Of a stretch of 64,000 bases of DNA, positions 9,195 through 18,124 are shown in pieces. Within the stretch, counting starts at the first letter, position 1. Each line of letters begins with the position of its first letter. A program made the position numbers and the translations under genes. The notes under the pieces are model-generated. The model had not been told where the DNA came from, searched no databases, and saw only the letters and a list, made by a program, of their open reading frames with translations. Source of the stretch: Candidatus Nanoarchaeia archaeon (lineage in GTDB: Archaea > Nanobdellota > Nanobdellia > Woesearchaeales > JANQNE01). Location of the stretch: positions 25,872-89,871 of the forward strand of contig JANQNE010000011.1 in assembly GCA_028279725.1 (NCBI GenBank), in the 5' to 3' direction.

Positions 9195-10107
9195 CCTTGT
9201 TTTTCCTCATTATCGAGAAAGTATATGTGTTGTATGTGCTTACTGGTTTAAATTTGTTCTTAAATTCAAGCAGGTCATCATCTGAACCGCCGAAATTGGC
9301 TTTATCGAAGCCCATCTTCTTTATCTCTATGAGGTCATATAGGTTTGTTATCTCTCCGAGTCCTTCAAATTTGTAGTTAAGCACACCTATGCCTGAATAA
9401 TATGTATTTGTGTTTGGAACTCTCCATCCTGCTGTTATCGAGCATGGAATTCCATCAACTATCAGTGTTTTTGCCATGTCACAGCCTGCGAAATCTGAAT
9501 CAACCATCCTAAAATAGCATTCTTTATAGGCAAAATCTTCTGCTCCTCTTTTATCTATCCAGTCTGTGATGATTTTCTTTAGTTCTTCTTTTGGAAGATC
9601 CAATGAATCTATTAGTTCAACTTTATGTTCTTCAAGGAATCTGTTCTTTATATTTCTTATCTTCTTCCATTTCTTTCCTTCAAGCTTATCTCCATCCCAT
9701 GTTTTCATATCATACATCGGCCATTCAAGCCTAAAGTTAAGCTGTCCTGATCTGAAGTCTGTGTTTTCAAGTTTTTCTTTCAGTTCTTTCCTGAATTTCT
9801 TGTCAACTTCTATCTGAAGCCTGTTAGCTTCGTCTTTGTTGAAAACATGATCTACAAACTTCATGAATGTTTCAAATTTCTCTTCTTTTGGAGCAAGGAC
9901 TTCAGATATCATATACCAAAGCTTGCCTGTCTTTGATTTTTGTGCAAGAACACCTTTGCTGTTATCAAAGCCTACAAATATAGGCATCTTTGCGCTTGTT
10001 GTCTGGTTCATATAGTGATGATAGTTATGTTCAGCATCATGGCCATGTATTTCAACAGCTTTTATTGCTTTTTCTTCAAATTCTTTCTTATCTGTCAATA
10101 CTTCCAA
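9184..10107 (-). CDS. GNAT-fold FemAB/MprF-C (DUF2156)-like protein, paralog 2
   Basis: GWRVPNTNTYYSGIGVLNY and WKKIRNIKNRF are shared with paralog 3. C-terminal FGGSDDDLLEFKNKFKP motif resembles Fem/lysyl-PG-synthase C-domain endings. Confidence 0.5.
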   Translation of the reverse strand: MEVLTDKKEFEEKAIKAVEIHGHDAEHNYHHYMNQTTSAKMPIFVGFDNSKGVLAQKSKTGKLWYMISEVLAPKEEKFETFMKFVDHVFNKDEANRLQIEVDKKFRKELKEKLENTDFRSGQLNFRLEWPMYDMKTWDGDKLEGKKWKKIRNIKNRFLEEHKVELIDSLDLPKEELKKIITDWIDKRGAEDFAYKECYFRMVDSDFAGCDMAKTLIVDGIPCSITAGWRVPNTNTYYSGIGVLNYKFEGLGEITNLYDLIEIKKMGFDKANFGGSDDDLLEFKNKFKPVSTYNTYTFSIMRKNKDGI

Positions 10108-10119
10108 ACAAAAACACCC

Positions 10120-11034
10120 CTATTTCTTTGAGATTTTGAAAAAATAATACTTTTCCATACTATGTGGATTAAATTTCAGCTTGAAATTTAATAAGTTTTT
10201 CTTTTCAGAGCCTCCAAAATCGACAAAATCATATTTTTTTTCTTTTAACTGCTTTAGATCATCCACGTAAGCAACTTCTCCAAGTCCTTTGTGTTTGTAA
10301 TTGTGGATTCCTATGGATGAATAGTATGTGTTTGTATTGGGAATTCTCCATCCTGCTGTTATTGCACATGGTTCATCATTAACATAGATTATTCTTGTCA
10401 TATCACATCCTTTGAAGTCGTTCTCTACAAAGTTGAGGAATGTAGGGGCCCATGCTTTTGCTACAGTGCTTTTTCTTGTCTTTTCCCAGTCTTCGATTAC
10501 TTTTTTTATCAGTTCTTTGTCTTCTTTTTTGTATTCTTTTATCTCTATTCTGTTTTCATTGAAGAATGTGTTTTTGATGTTTCTTATCTTCTTCCAGTCT
10601 TTTCCTGGCAAAGAAGAGTCAAAATCATTCATATTGAATACTGGAGAGTCAAAGATCCTTGAAGGTTTATGGATGTTGTACTTTTCCTGGCTGATCTTGT
10701 TAAGAAATTTTCTTCTGAACTCTTTTTCTAATGTTAGGAATATCTTGTCTGATGATCTTAATGAATGTTCTATGAAGTTCAGCAGAAGGTCTAATTGTTT
10801 TTCTTTTGGAGCTAAAACATCTGAGATGATCTCATATTCATTATCATCTTCATAGTAAAGGGCGAAGACTCCATATTTTTCTTCAAAGATGAAGAAAGTC
10901 GGTATAACTCCTTCTTCTTTCATGTTATAATAATACCAGAAATTGTGTTCAGACATATTACCATAGCTGGAGATAAGCTGTTCAATAAGTTCCTTGCTTT
11001 CTAATATATTATTTATGACCCTCACGTTGATCAA
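10120..11034 (-). CDS. GNAT-fold FemAB/MprF-C (DUF2156)-like protein, paralog 3
   Basis: GWRIPNTNTYYSSIGIHNY, WKKIRNIKNTF and FGGSEKKNLLNFKLKFNP. Clearly paralogous to 9184-10107. Confidence 0.5.
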   Translation of the reverse strand: MINVRVINNILESKELIEQLISSYGNMSEHNFWYYYNMKEEGVIPTFFIFEEKYGVFALYYEDDNEYEIISDVLAPKEKQLDLLLNFIEHSLRSSDKIFLTLEKEFRRKFLNKISQEKYNIHKPSRIFDSPVFNMNDFDSSLPGKDWKKIRNIKNTFFNENRIEIKEYKKEDKELIKKVIEDWEKTRKSTVAKAWAPTFLNFVENDFKGCDMTRIIYVNDEPCAITAGWRIPNTNTYYSSIGIHNYKHKGLGEVAYVDDLKQLKEKKYDFVDFGGSEKKNLLNFKLKFNPHSMEKYYFFKISKK

Positions 11035-11171
11035 GAAGAAGTTGTTATATTTAAATTATTAGATTCTCAATGTATAACACGCTACGTTCTATTCTGGAAT
11101 GGATCTGTTTCAGATTCTAGTATTTTTATAACTCTGTCCGAGAACTTCGCTTGGTGTTATGCACTTTAGGA

Positions 11172-12215
11172 TTAAGAATAACTGGTTTCTTCAGCTTTCT
11201 GCTGAGCTTCTATCAAAGGACCAAGTTTTTCTCTTAGGTTATGTCTTTCTATTGCACAATCAAGGATCTTCTGTATCATCTCATGATATTCTAATCCTAT
11301 TGACTGGGCTGCCATCGGTGTTGAGCAATCACAAGAGATTCCTGGATTTGGATTCATCTCTAAAACATAAGGGATGTTGTTTTCGCTTAATCTTATGTCA
11401 ACTCTTCCGTAATCCCTTACATCTAATAACCTGTATAGTTCTGCTGCAACTCTTTTGATCTTTGATTCTACATATTTAGGGATATCATCTGGCTGCCTGT
11501 AGTCTGCATTCTTGTATAATTCACTTTTTTCATCCCATTTAGCTTCATAAGAGAAGATTCTCATAGGGTCTGGAGTTAAGTTCTTGAAAGAAACTTCCAT
11601 AATTGGCAAGCTTATGAGGTTGCTTCCATTTCCAAGGACTCCAACATCAAGATCTCTTCCTCTGATATATTCTTCAACCAATGCAGGCTGATTGTATACT
11701 CTGTTTATGAATCCAACTCTTGACTGCAGCTCTTTTTCATTTCTTACTATTGCATCTGAGCTGATACCTATGCTGTTGTCCATCCTTGATGGCTTTACTA
11801 TCAAAGGAAAATGCAGATCAGGATCAAGTTTCTTGTTTCTTGAGTAAAATATCTGCCATTTTGGTGTTGGAATGCCATGATGCATCATTATCTCTTTTAC
11901 CCTAGCCTTATTCATACAAAGAGCCAGGCTTAAAGGACCAGAACCAGTATATGGTATATCTAACAGTTCAAGCATAGCTGCAACATGAGGCTCATGGAAC
12001 GAGTTTCCGTTGAATCTTTCGCAAACATTGAAAGCTATGTCAACATTTGCTCTTGACAGCTTACCAAATGTCTGTTCATTGACATCAAAGAACTCAACAT
12101 CATGGTTATTCTTCTTCAATGCTTCATGAACAAGGTTTCCAACCTTGAAAAGATCATTCTCAACTTCCTTATTTGAATATTCTTTAAAGATGTTAGAAAG
12201 AACAGCTACTTTCAT
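11172..12215 (-). CDS. D-alanine--D-alanine ligase family ATP-grasp ligase
   Basis: LEMNPNPGIS matches the Ddl E(V/I)NT.PG motif. ATP-grasp architecture. 347 aa. Confidence 0.65.
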   Translation of the reverse strand: MKVAVLSNIFKEYSNKEVENDLFKVGNLVHEALKKNNHDVEFFDVNEQTFGKLSRANVDIAFNVCERFNGNSFHEPHVAAMLELLDIPYTGSGPLSLALCMNKARVKEIMMHHGIPTPKWQIFYSRNKKLDPDLHFPLIVKPSRMDNSIGISSDAIVRNEKELQSRVGFINRVYNQPALVEEYIRGRDLDVGVLGNGSNLISLPIMEVSFKNLTPDPMRIFSYEAKWDEKSELYKNADYRQPDDIPKYVESKIKRVAAELYRLLDVRDYGRVDIRLSENNIPYVLEMNPNPGISCDCSTPMAAQSIGLEYHEMIQKILDCAIERHNLREKLGPLIEAQQKAEETSYS

Positions 12216-12429
12216 TTAGCACTGCACCCCTGTAGAAAACAACAACACACCATCTTTTTTTTGTTTTAGGTAAAAAAACATTCGGTTTATCACCAGTTTT
12301 TTATTTTTTTTATTTGTTAATGCAATTATATACTTTTTTATTTATAAATGTTATGTTTTTTGTTATTTTTTTAGAAATTTTTCTATAAAAAAGTTTTTTT
12401 AGTCTTATTCTTTTGTTTTTTATTTTGTT

Positions 12430-12446
12430 TTTTATCGTCGAGAAAA
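12430..12446. promoter_or_regulatory. Imperfect copy of the palindromic motif TTTTATCGTCGAGAAAA in a divergent promoter region
   Basis: Seen directly in the sequence. One mismatch relative to the perfect palindrome at 12567-12585. Confidence 0.3.
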
Positions 12447-12566
12447 TAACTTTTTTATGTTTTTGCTTTATTTTTTTACTTAATCTTGTTTTTTTGTTAG
12501 TTTTTGTAAAAAATTGCAAAAAAAGAAATTTTTAGTTTACTTTTTTTGGTAAAAATTTTTGTTTTA

Positions 12567-12585
12567 TTTTTATCGTCGATAAAAA
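12567..12585. promoter_or_regulatory. 19-nt palindrome TTTTTATCGTCGATAAAAA (9 + 1 + 9). Candidate operator.
   Basis: Arms TTTTTATCG / CGATAAAAA around a central T. Lies 282 bp upstream of the protease/RimK operon, in the 650-bp AT-rich spacer. Confidence 0.3.
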
Positions 12586-12866
12586 GTTTAGGAATTTTTT
12601 AGAAAAAATTTATTTTTTTAATTTTTGTTTAATTTTTTAGATTTTGTGATTATTTTTTCATCTTTTATTTTCTTTTTATTTTTTTCAAAGAATAGTTTGA
12701 TTTTACTTATTGGATGTTGTTTTTTTGTTTGATTTCTGATGATTAGAAAACATTGGGTTTTCTAGCGTTTATTTGCTAAACTTTCAGAAAAAATTATACA
12801 TTATCAGAAAAGTTTATAAAGAGATTTAGGATATATTTCGCTATAAAACCAAAAAGGGGTATTACT

Positions 12867-13211
12867 ATGGCTGCAAAACAAAAAATAATAGGGCTTACTG
12901 AAAAAGTACTGGTCTATGGCCAGAATAAAAAGAAAAATGTTGTCGCTAGGATAGATACTGGAGCGACAAAGTCTTCTATCGATGTAAAATTAGCTGCTGA
13001 GCTGCAGTTAGGTCCTATATACAGGACTAAATTAGTCAAGTCTACCCATGGTAATACATTAAGGCCTGTTGTTGAGATGAACATAAGACTTTCTGGGGTG
13101 GAATTAAGGTCAGATTTTACGATAGCTGACAGAACTGATATGAAATATCAGATATTGGTCGGCCAGAATATATTGAAAGAGGGAAATTTTTTGGTTAATC
13201 CTAAAAAATGA
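12867..13211 (+). CDS. Retropepsin-like aspartic protease domain protein (RimK-associated ATP-dependent zinc protease-like family)
   Basis: ARIDTGATKSSIDVKLAAEL contains a DTGA aspartic protease motif. 114 aa. Stop overlaps the RimK start (ATGA). Confidence 0.55.
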   Translation: MAAKQKIIGLTEKVLVYGQNKKKNVVARIDTGATKSSIDVKLAAELQLGPIYRTKLVKSTHGNTLRPVVEMNIRLSGVELRSDFTIADRTDMKYQILVGQNILKEGNFLVNPKK

Positions 13212-14311
13212 AAGCTGCATTAATCAGTCTAGGAAGCAAGAGCTCTCAATTTACAGCTGAAGCTATGAAGAATTACTTTGATGAAGTTGATGATCTTGAT
13301 ATAAAGAATATAGAAGTTAATTTTGGTGTTAAGGAGCTTGAACTATTATATAATGGAGAGCCTTTGAAGGATTATGACTGTGTCTATGCAAAAGGATCTT
13401 TCAGATATTCACCTTTGCTTGCGTCAATAACATCTGTATTGGCTAAGAAAGATATATATCTGCCGATAAGCGCAGATTCTTTTACTATAAGCCATGATAA
13501 GCTGCTTACACAGATAGAGCTTCAGAAGAACAAGATACCTATGCCTAAAACATATCTTTCTTCTACACCTGAAGCTGCAAGGGAGCTGTTAGAGAAGGTC
13601 AATTATCCTATAATCATGAAGTTTCCGCAGGGAACACAAGGGAAAGGGGTGATGGTCGCTGATTCTTTTGCTTCAGCATCTTCAATGCTTGATGCTTTGT
13701 CAGCTTTGAGACAGCCTTTTTTGATACAGGAATATATAGAGACAGGCGGAATCGATATAAGAGCGATAGTTGTGGGAAAGAAAGTTGTTGCAGCGATGAA
13801 AAGAAAGGCAGAAGGGGAAGAGAAGAGAGCAAATATACATGCAGGCGGTAAAGCAGAGCCTTGCCAGCTGGATGCTCACACTAAAAAGATCGCTATAGAT
13901 ACTGCAAAGGCAGTTGGTGCAGAGATATGCGGTGTTGATATATTAGAAAGTGCTAAGGGTCCTGTTGTCATTGAGGTGAATATATCTCCTGGGCTGCAGG
14001 GAATAATGGCTGCAACTAAGGTTAATGTTGCTGACAAGATAGCAAAATATCTTTATGAAGTTTCCAAGAAGAGATCTGAAGGGGATAAAAAAGAGTCAGC
14101 ATCAAAGATACTGAGCGATCTTGGTGTTGAAGAGGCAACAAAGACATCAAAAGATATAATGACGACCCTTGATTTCAGAGGAAAGAGGGTGTTGCTGCCT
14201 GAAGTTGTAACCAATCTTACTAAGTTTGATGATACGCAGGATGTTGTGATAAGTGCTGACAAAGGAAAGCTTGAGATAAAGAAGCTTATCATCGGCGCTA
14301 AGAAGAAATAA
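13208..14311 (+). CDS. rimK: RimK-family ATP-grasp alpha-L-glutamate/amino-acid ligase with a ~80-aa charged C-terminal extension
   Basis: ATP-grasp motifs (IIMKFPQGTQGKGV, ICGVDILES...VIEVNISPG). RimK-like size. Translationally coupled to the retropepsin-like ORF. Confidence 0.7.
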   Translation: MKAALISLGSKSSQFTAEAMKNYFDEVDDLDIKNIEVNFGVKELELLYNGEPLKDYDCVYAKGSFRYSPLLASITSVLAKKDIYLPISADSFTISHDKLLTQIELQKNKIPMPKTYLSSTPEAARELLEKVNYPIIMKFPQGTQGKGVMVADSFASASSMLDALSALRQPFLIQEYIETGGIDIRAIVVGKKVVAAMKRKAEGEEKRANIHAGGKAEPCQLDAHTKKIAIDTAKAVGAEICGVDILESAKGPVVIEVNISPGLQGIMAATKVNVADKIAKYLYEVSKKRSEGDKKESASKILSDLGVEEATKTSKDIMTTLDFRGKRVLLPEVVTNLTKFDDTQDVVISADKGKLEIKKLIIGAKKK

Positions 14312-14330
14312 CTTTTTAAATAGAGAGTTC

Positions 14331-16424
14331 TTGTTTTGTCCTATGTGTGGGATTATAGGGATATTTAACCATAAGGATGCTAAGAAGCTAGCTAAGAAGG
14401 GGCTGTCTAAGATATTATACAGGGGAAAGGACAGTAATGGCCTCTTTAGTTCTGAGAATTGCTGTATCGGACATTGCCTGCATTCTGTAGTTAATTTTGT
14501 TGAACAGCCTTTCAAAGGAAAAGGTGTGCTGATCGTAAATTGCGAGCTGTATAATTGGGAAGAGCTTAACGATAAATATAAGTTTAAGGCAAGGAATGAT
14601 TCTGAATTACTTTTTATGTTGTTGGAGAAGAAAGGAGTTTCAAAGATCAAAGAGATATTAGATGAGCTGGATGGTGTTTATTCTTTCTGCTATTGGATTG
14701 ATGATAAAGTTTATGTTGCGAGAGATATAATCGGTGTAAAGCCATTATGGTTCTCTAAGTATGAGCATCTTGGTTTTGCTTCTGAGAAAAAGGCATTGAA
14801 AGAGATAGGAATGTTTGATGCTGAGGAACTAAATCCCAGGAAGATATTAGTTTATGATGTGAAGAAGAATAAGGTTGAATTTATCGAGAGGGATTTTTTA
14901 AAGATAACACCTGAATTGAAGTGTAAATATGAAAAGATAAAGAAAGAGCTGACTGGGCTTGTTGTTAATTCTATCTCTAAAAGGATACCTGATCAGAAGT
15001 TTGGGATATTGTTTTCCGGAGGGATTGACTCTGGTCTGATCGCACATGCATGTAAAGAATTAGGTGTTGATTTTACATGCTATACTGCTGCTTTGAAAGA
15101 AAAAGGGATGGGAGAAGCAGAAGATATGGTCTATGCTAAGAAAGTTGCTGATAAATTAGGATTCAGGCTAAAGACAAAGACAATTTCTCTTAAAGAAACT
15201 GAAAAGTATCTGAAAAAAGTAGTTCCTTTGATAGAAGATTCCAATGTTGTTAAAGTTGGAGTGGGATTGACTTTCTATGTTGCATGTGAGATGGCTAAGA
15301 AAGATGGGATCAAAGTTATATTTTCCGGACTTGGATCTGAGGAGCTGTTTGCCGGCTATGAAAGGCATAGGAAAAGTGATCTGATAAACAAAGAATGCCT
15401 TTCTGGAGTCATTAAGATATATGAAAGGGATCTTTATAGGGATGATGTTATTGCGATGGCAAACAATCTTGAGCTTAGGCTTCCTTTTCTGGATAAGAAG
15501 CTTACTAGTTATGCACTGAAGATTCCTGCTAAATACAAGATAAAAGATGGGTTGACTAAAGTTGTTCTCCGTGATGTTGCTGTTGGTCTTGGTTATGATA
15601 AAGAATTTGCATCTAGAAGGAAGAAAGCTGCGCAGTATGGAAGCAAGTTTGACAGAGCGATAGCTAAACTTGCTAAGAGAAAAGGATTTAACCTTAAATC
15701 AGAATATTTGAGGACCTTTTATCCGGAAGTTAATCTTAAGCTAGGTGTGTTGTTCAGTTCTGGGAAAGACAGCTGCTATGCGATGCATGTTATGAAAAGA
15801 CAGAATTATGAGATAAGCTGCCTGATAACATTAAAGAGCAAAAATAAAGATTCTTATATGTTTCATACGCCTGCTATCGAGCTTGCTGAAGTGCAGGCGA
15901 AGGCGATGGAATTACCTATAATAGAACAGGAGACTGCAGGTGTTAAGGAAAAAGAGCTTGCTGATCTGAAGAAGGCATTAGCTGCTGCAAAGAAAGAGCA
16001 TAAGATAGAAGGTGTTGTGACCGGAGCATTATTTTCTAAATATCAGCGTGAAAGGATAGAGAAGGTTGCTGATAGTCTTGGGTTAAAGATATTTTCTCCT
16101 TTGTGGCATATGGATCAGGAGACTGAGCTTAAAAGTTTGGTGAGAGAAGGATTTGATGTTATTATCAGCTCTATAGCTGGTTATGGCATGGAAACAAAAG
16201 ATATAGGAAAGAGGATTGATGATAAGATGATCTCGAAATTGAGAAGGTTAAAAGATAAGATCGGGTTTAATGTAGCTGGAGAAGGCGGAGAGTTTGAGAG
16301 CTTTGTCCTTGATGGGCCTATGTTTAAGAAGAGATTGGAGATTGTTGATAGCCAGAGAGCTATAGAGAATGAATGTACTGGCAGGATGCTGATCAAGAAG
16401 ATTAAATTAGTCGACAAGAAATAG
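14331..16424 (+). CDS. Three-domain fusion: class II glutamine amidotransferase + asparagine synthetase PP-loop domain (AsnB-like) + Dph6/MJ0570-type ATP pyrophosphatase (diphthine--ammonia ligase-like)
   Basis: MCGIIGIF Ntn nucleophile, so the likely true start is the second ATG at 14343. SGGIDSG PP-loop in the middle. C-terminal SSGKDSCYAM...YMFHTPAIEL...GEGGEFESFVLD matches the archaeal Dph6-like family. Confidence 0.75.
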   Translation: MFCPMCGIIGIFNHKDAKKLAKKGLSKILYRGKDSNGLFSSENCCIGHCLHSVVNFVEQPFKGKGVLIVNCELYNWEELNDKYKFKARNDSELLFMLLEKKGVSKIKEILDELDGVYSFCYWIDDKVYVARDIIGVKPLWFSKYEHLGFASEKKALKEIGMFDAEELNPRKILVYDVKKNKVEFIERDFLKITPELKCKYEKIKKELTGLVVNSISKRIPDQKFGILFSGGIDSGLIAHACKELGVDFTCYTAALKEKGMGEAEDMVYAKKVADKLGFRLKTKTISLKETEKYLKKVVPLIEDSNVVKVGVGLTFYVACEMAKKDGIKVIFSGLGSEELFAGYERHRKSDLINKECLSGVIKIYERDLYRDDVIAMANNLELRLPFLDKKLTSYALKIPAKYKIKDGLTKVVLRDVAVGLGYDKEFASRRKKAAQYGSKFDRAIAKLAKRKGFNLKSEYLRTFYPEVNLKLGVLFSSGKDSCYAMHVMKRQNYEISCLITLKSKNKDSYMFHTPAIELAEVQAKAMELPIIEQETAGVKEKELADLKKALAAAKKEHKIEGVVTGALFSKYQRERIEKVADSLGLKIFSPLWHMDQETELKSLVREGFDVIISSIAGYGMETKDIGKRIDDKMISKLRRLKDKIGFNVAGEGGEFESFVLDGPMFKKRLEIVDSQRAIENECTGRMLIKKIKLVDKK

Positions 16425-16539
16425 TTACCAACTCGAGACGAAGTATACATTTCCTAGATATTATACAACAGAAACATATTTAAATAACTTGCAATTTTGT
16501 TTTTTATGGTATACATGCTAAATTTTGAGGGGGTTTTGA

Positions 16540-18120
16540 ATGGCAAAAGAGATAATCAATGATCCTTCTAGGACTTTTATGGAGTATAGATTCCTGCCAG
16601 GAGAGACTCCTCGGGATTGTACACCTGATAAGATCTCTTTAAGAACTCCACTGACAAAGTTTACTAAAGAGAGCGGTATGGAGAGTGCTAAAATCATACT
16701 TAATCTTCCTTTTATGTCTGCTGCTATGCAGTCTGTGACAGGGTCTGGACTTGCGATCGCTTTGGCCCAGAACGGTGGCATTGGTGTGCATTATTGCTCA
16801 CAGCCTGTTGAAGATGAAGCAAGAAAGGTTGCTGAAGTTAAGGGTGCTAAGGCTGGATTTGTAAAGCCAAAGACATTGTCTCCTAATGATACTGTTGAAG
16901 ATGCTTTTGAAAAAGCTGTCAAGGAAGGGTATTCGATATATCCTGTAATAGATGAGAATGGAGTATTGTTGGGTTCTGTAAATGTTAATTATCTTAAGAA
17001 CAGGATGGGAGATGAAAAGATATCTGATGTTATGAGGAAATTTATCCCGAAGGGCCTTGATGAGATAACATCTGAGATGAAAGCTAATAATGCGACAGAT
17101 GAAGAGATAATAAAGACAATAAGAGAATATATCACATTTGCTAAAGTGGGTATTGATTTAGAGGAAGCAAACAGGATCGTGGAGGAGAATAACTCTAAGT
17201 TTATCGCTATTGTCGGAGAGGATAATAAATTACATTCTTTAGTATTCAGAAAAGATATCTATAAGCATATAAGCCATCCTAAGGAGCTTATTGATGCTAA
17301 TAAGAGATATATCTGTGCAGCTGCTATCAATACACATGATTACAAAGAAAGAGTTCCTGCTTTAGTGAAAGCTGGAGTTGATATGATAGTTGTAGATTCG
17401 TCAGACGGCTATACTGAGTGGCAGAAAGAGGCTGTCCAGTTCTGCAAAGGAGAGTATCCGACAATACCTGTTATGGGAGGCAATATAATAACTGCTGAAG
17501 GATTCAGATATCTTGCAGATGCAGGTGTTGATGCTGTAAAGGTTGGAATGGGTGGCGGTTCTATATGTATAACTCAAGAACAAAAGGGGACTGGAAGAGG
17601 ACAGGCTGATGTTGTTGAAGAAGTCTGTGCTGAGAGAGATAAATATTATGAAGAAACAGGTGTTTATATTCCAATTATTTCTGATGGAGGCCATAGTTTT
17701 GCGAAAGATATGACTATGGCTTTGGCTTTTGGTGCTGATGCAATAATGTGCGGAAGGATGTTTGTTGGATGTGAGGAAAGCAATGCTCCGTTCCATCCAG
17801 AAGACAGGAAGTTCAAGCAGTATTGGGGAGAAGGACATTCAAGAGCTAAGGCCTGGAGACAGCAAAGATATGGCCAGGTAAGTTTTGATGAAGGGGTTGA
17901 TGGATTTGTTCCTTTTGTCGGAAAACTTAAGGAAAATGTTCTCGATGATATCACAAAGAAGATGATATCAACGATGGTTACGTGCGGATGCAAGAATCTG
18001 GATGAGCTTCATAAGAAAGCAAGAGTTAAGCTTATCTCTGAGCTTTCTATGAGAGAAGGCAAGCCGCATGATATCATATTACCAGAGAACATGACATATA
18101 AAGCCAGAAGGTGGGGTTGA
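16540..18120 (+). CDS. guaB: IMP dehydrogenase with a CBS pair
   Basis: Catalytic loop GMGGGSICITQE. CBS-domain insert. 526 aa. SD-like GAGGGGG upstream. Confidence 0.9.
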   Translation: MAKEIINDPSRTFMEYRFLPGETPRDCTPDKISLRTPLTKFTKESGMESAKIILNLPFMSAAMQSVTGSGLAIALAQNGGIGVHYCSQPVEDEARKVAEVKGAKAGFVKPKTLSPNDTVEDAFEKAVKEGYSIYPVIDENGVLLGSVNVNYLKNRMGDEKISDVMRKFIPKGLDEITSEMKANNATDEEIIKTIREYITFAKVGIDLEEANRIVEENNSKFIAIVGEDNKLHSLVFRKDIYKHISHPKELIDANKRYICAAAINTHDYKERVPALVKAGVDMIVVDSSDGYTEWQKEAVQFCKGEYPTIPVMGGNIITAEGFRYLADAGVDAVKVGMGGGSICITQEQKGTGRGQADVVEEVCAERDKYYEETGVYIPIISDGGHSFAKDMTMALAFGADAIMCGRMFVGCEESNAPFHPEDRKFKQYWGEGHSRAKAWRQQRYGQVSFDEGVDGFVPFVGKLKENVLDDITKKMISTMVTCGCKNLDELHKKARVKLISELSMREGKPHDIILPENMTYKARRWG

Positions 18121-18124
18121 TCTT

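Noticed and set aside
12310-12519. 69-aa Lys-rich ORF on the minus strand inside the 650-bp AT-rich spacer
   Set aside because: Composition-driven: poly-A/T tracts translate to Lys/Phe/Asn runs. No SD, and it overlaps the palindromic operator candidates. Considered a spurious ORF.
16425-16539. Purine riboswitch or other cis-regulatory RNA upstream of guaB
   Set aside because: The 115-nt AT-rich leader shows no conserved purine-aptamer junction motifs or obvious three-way helix. It contains only a strong SD (GAGGGGG). Riboswitches are also rare in archaea.
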